A stretch of DNA of 63,937 nt, the filler included, from Octopus bimaculoides (taxonomy: Eukaryota): NCBI RefSeq assembly GCF_001194135.2. It is 7 parts of 6 records of this genome, joined end to end, with 100 filler letters (N's around TTAATTAATTAA, not from the genome) between each part and the next. Parts side by side here need not be neighbours in the genome. Positions count along the whole stretch, not along the records: positions 62,917 to 63,937 come from NC_068991.1; 6 more parts are not named here. One strand, given 5' to 3'. Within the stretch, counting starts at the first letter, position 1; every line of letters starts with the position of its first letter. This document shows, one piece after another, positions 63,466 through 63,937 of the stretch. Both the position numbers and the translations under genes were made by a program. The notes below the pieces were generated by a model. The model saw nothing but the letters and a program-made list of their open reading frames with translations, had not been told where the DNA came from and did no database searches.

Positions 63466-63937
63466 TTCCTGAATTGTAGAAGTCAGACAGTTGCAGCCAA
63501 TGGAGAACTATCTAGGGAAACGCAAATATTAAGCGGTGTTCCGCAAGGAACTCTCCTGGGGCCACTACTTTTCATAGTGGCGCATCTCGACATGCCCACG
63601 GTCACTCGGAGAGCCACTGTCACTAGCTCCGTTGATGACACAAAACTATCTCAGGCAATAAAGAATCCTGATGATATTGTAAGCCTGCGGAATGACCTAA
63701 ATGCAATATACGAGTGGGCAGAGCAAAATAATATGCAGTTCAATGCAAAAAAATTTCAAGTACTGCGCTACAGGGCCACAAGTGCCTCCCAACTGGCATA
63801 CACAGGACCTGGAGGTACTGCAATCCCAGAACCACAGACAGTAAGAGACCTGGGCATCAACATGTGTAGTGATGCATCATTTGACATGCACATTGCCAAG
63901 TTGACAGCAAAGTGCAGACAACTGGCAGGGTGGATAC
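63466..63937 (+). mobile_element. CR1-group LINE reverse-transcriptase fragment, open to the window end
   Basis: Uninterrupted frame [16 protein letters not shown]...SGVPQGTLLGPLLF...SVDDTKL...DLNAIYEWAEQNNMQFNAKKFQVL...VRDLGI...F..HIAKL..KC..LAGWI; abuts (TA)n at its 5' end. Confidence 0.9.

Overview
AT-rich, microsatellite-saturated animal genomic DNA with many N gaps. The tRNA-derived/CORE-type SINE families and compound (TA)n/(CA)n/(TAA)n/(CATA)n tracts look like octopus DNA (inference from recognition, no search run). Most of the ORF track is microsatellite or N-run noise. Recognisable content: (1) at least four SINE families, including a ~3 kb head-to-tail cluster at 20.0-23.05 kb; (2) decayed LINEs: I/Jockey-like APE+RT at 2.3-4.6 kb, R4/Dong-like REL-endonuclease elements in (TAA)n at 32.3-33.4 kb and 47.3-48.0 kb, and CR1-group RT at the right edge; (3) Penelope-like (PLE) remnants with a GIY-YIG tail and several minimal hammerhead-ribozyme-like motifs, some in inverted pairs around a shared 150-bp module; (4) DNA transposons: DD37D maT-type Tc1/mariner (4 pieces), mariner, Tigger/pogo, hAT MITEs and a Helitron helicase end; (5) a near-perfect 386-bp inverted duplication at 20575-21523; (6) hand-spliced, phase-consistent exon chains suggesting two plus-strand host genes: a type I membrane protein (40.9-43.9 kb) and a small unknown protein (52.9-60.3 kb). 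Neither gene is identified. TE boundaries are approximate unless a TSD or TIR is stated.
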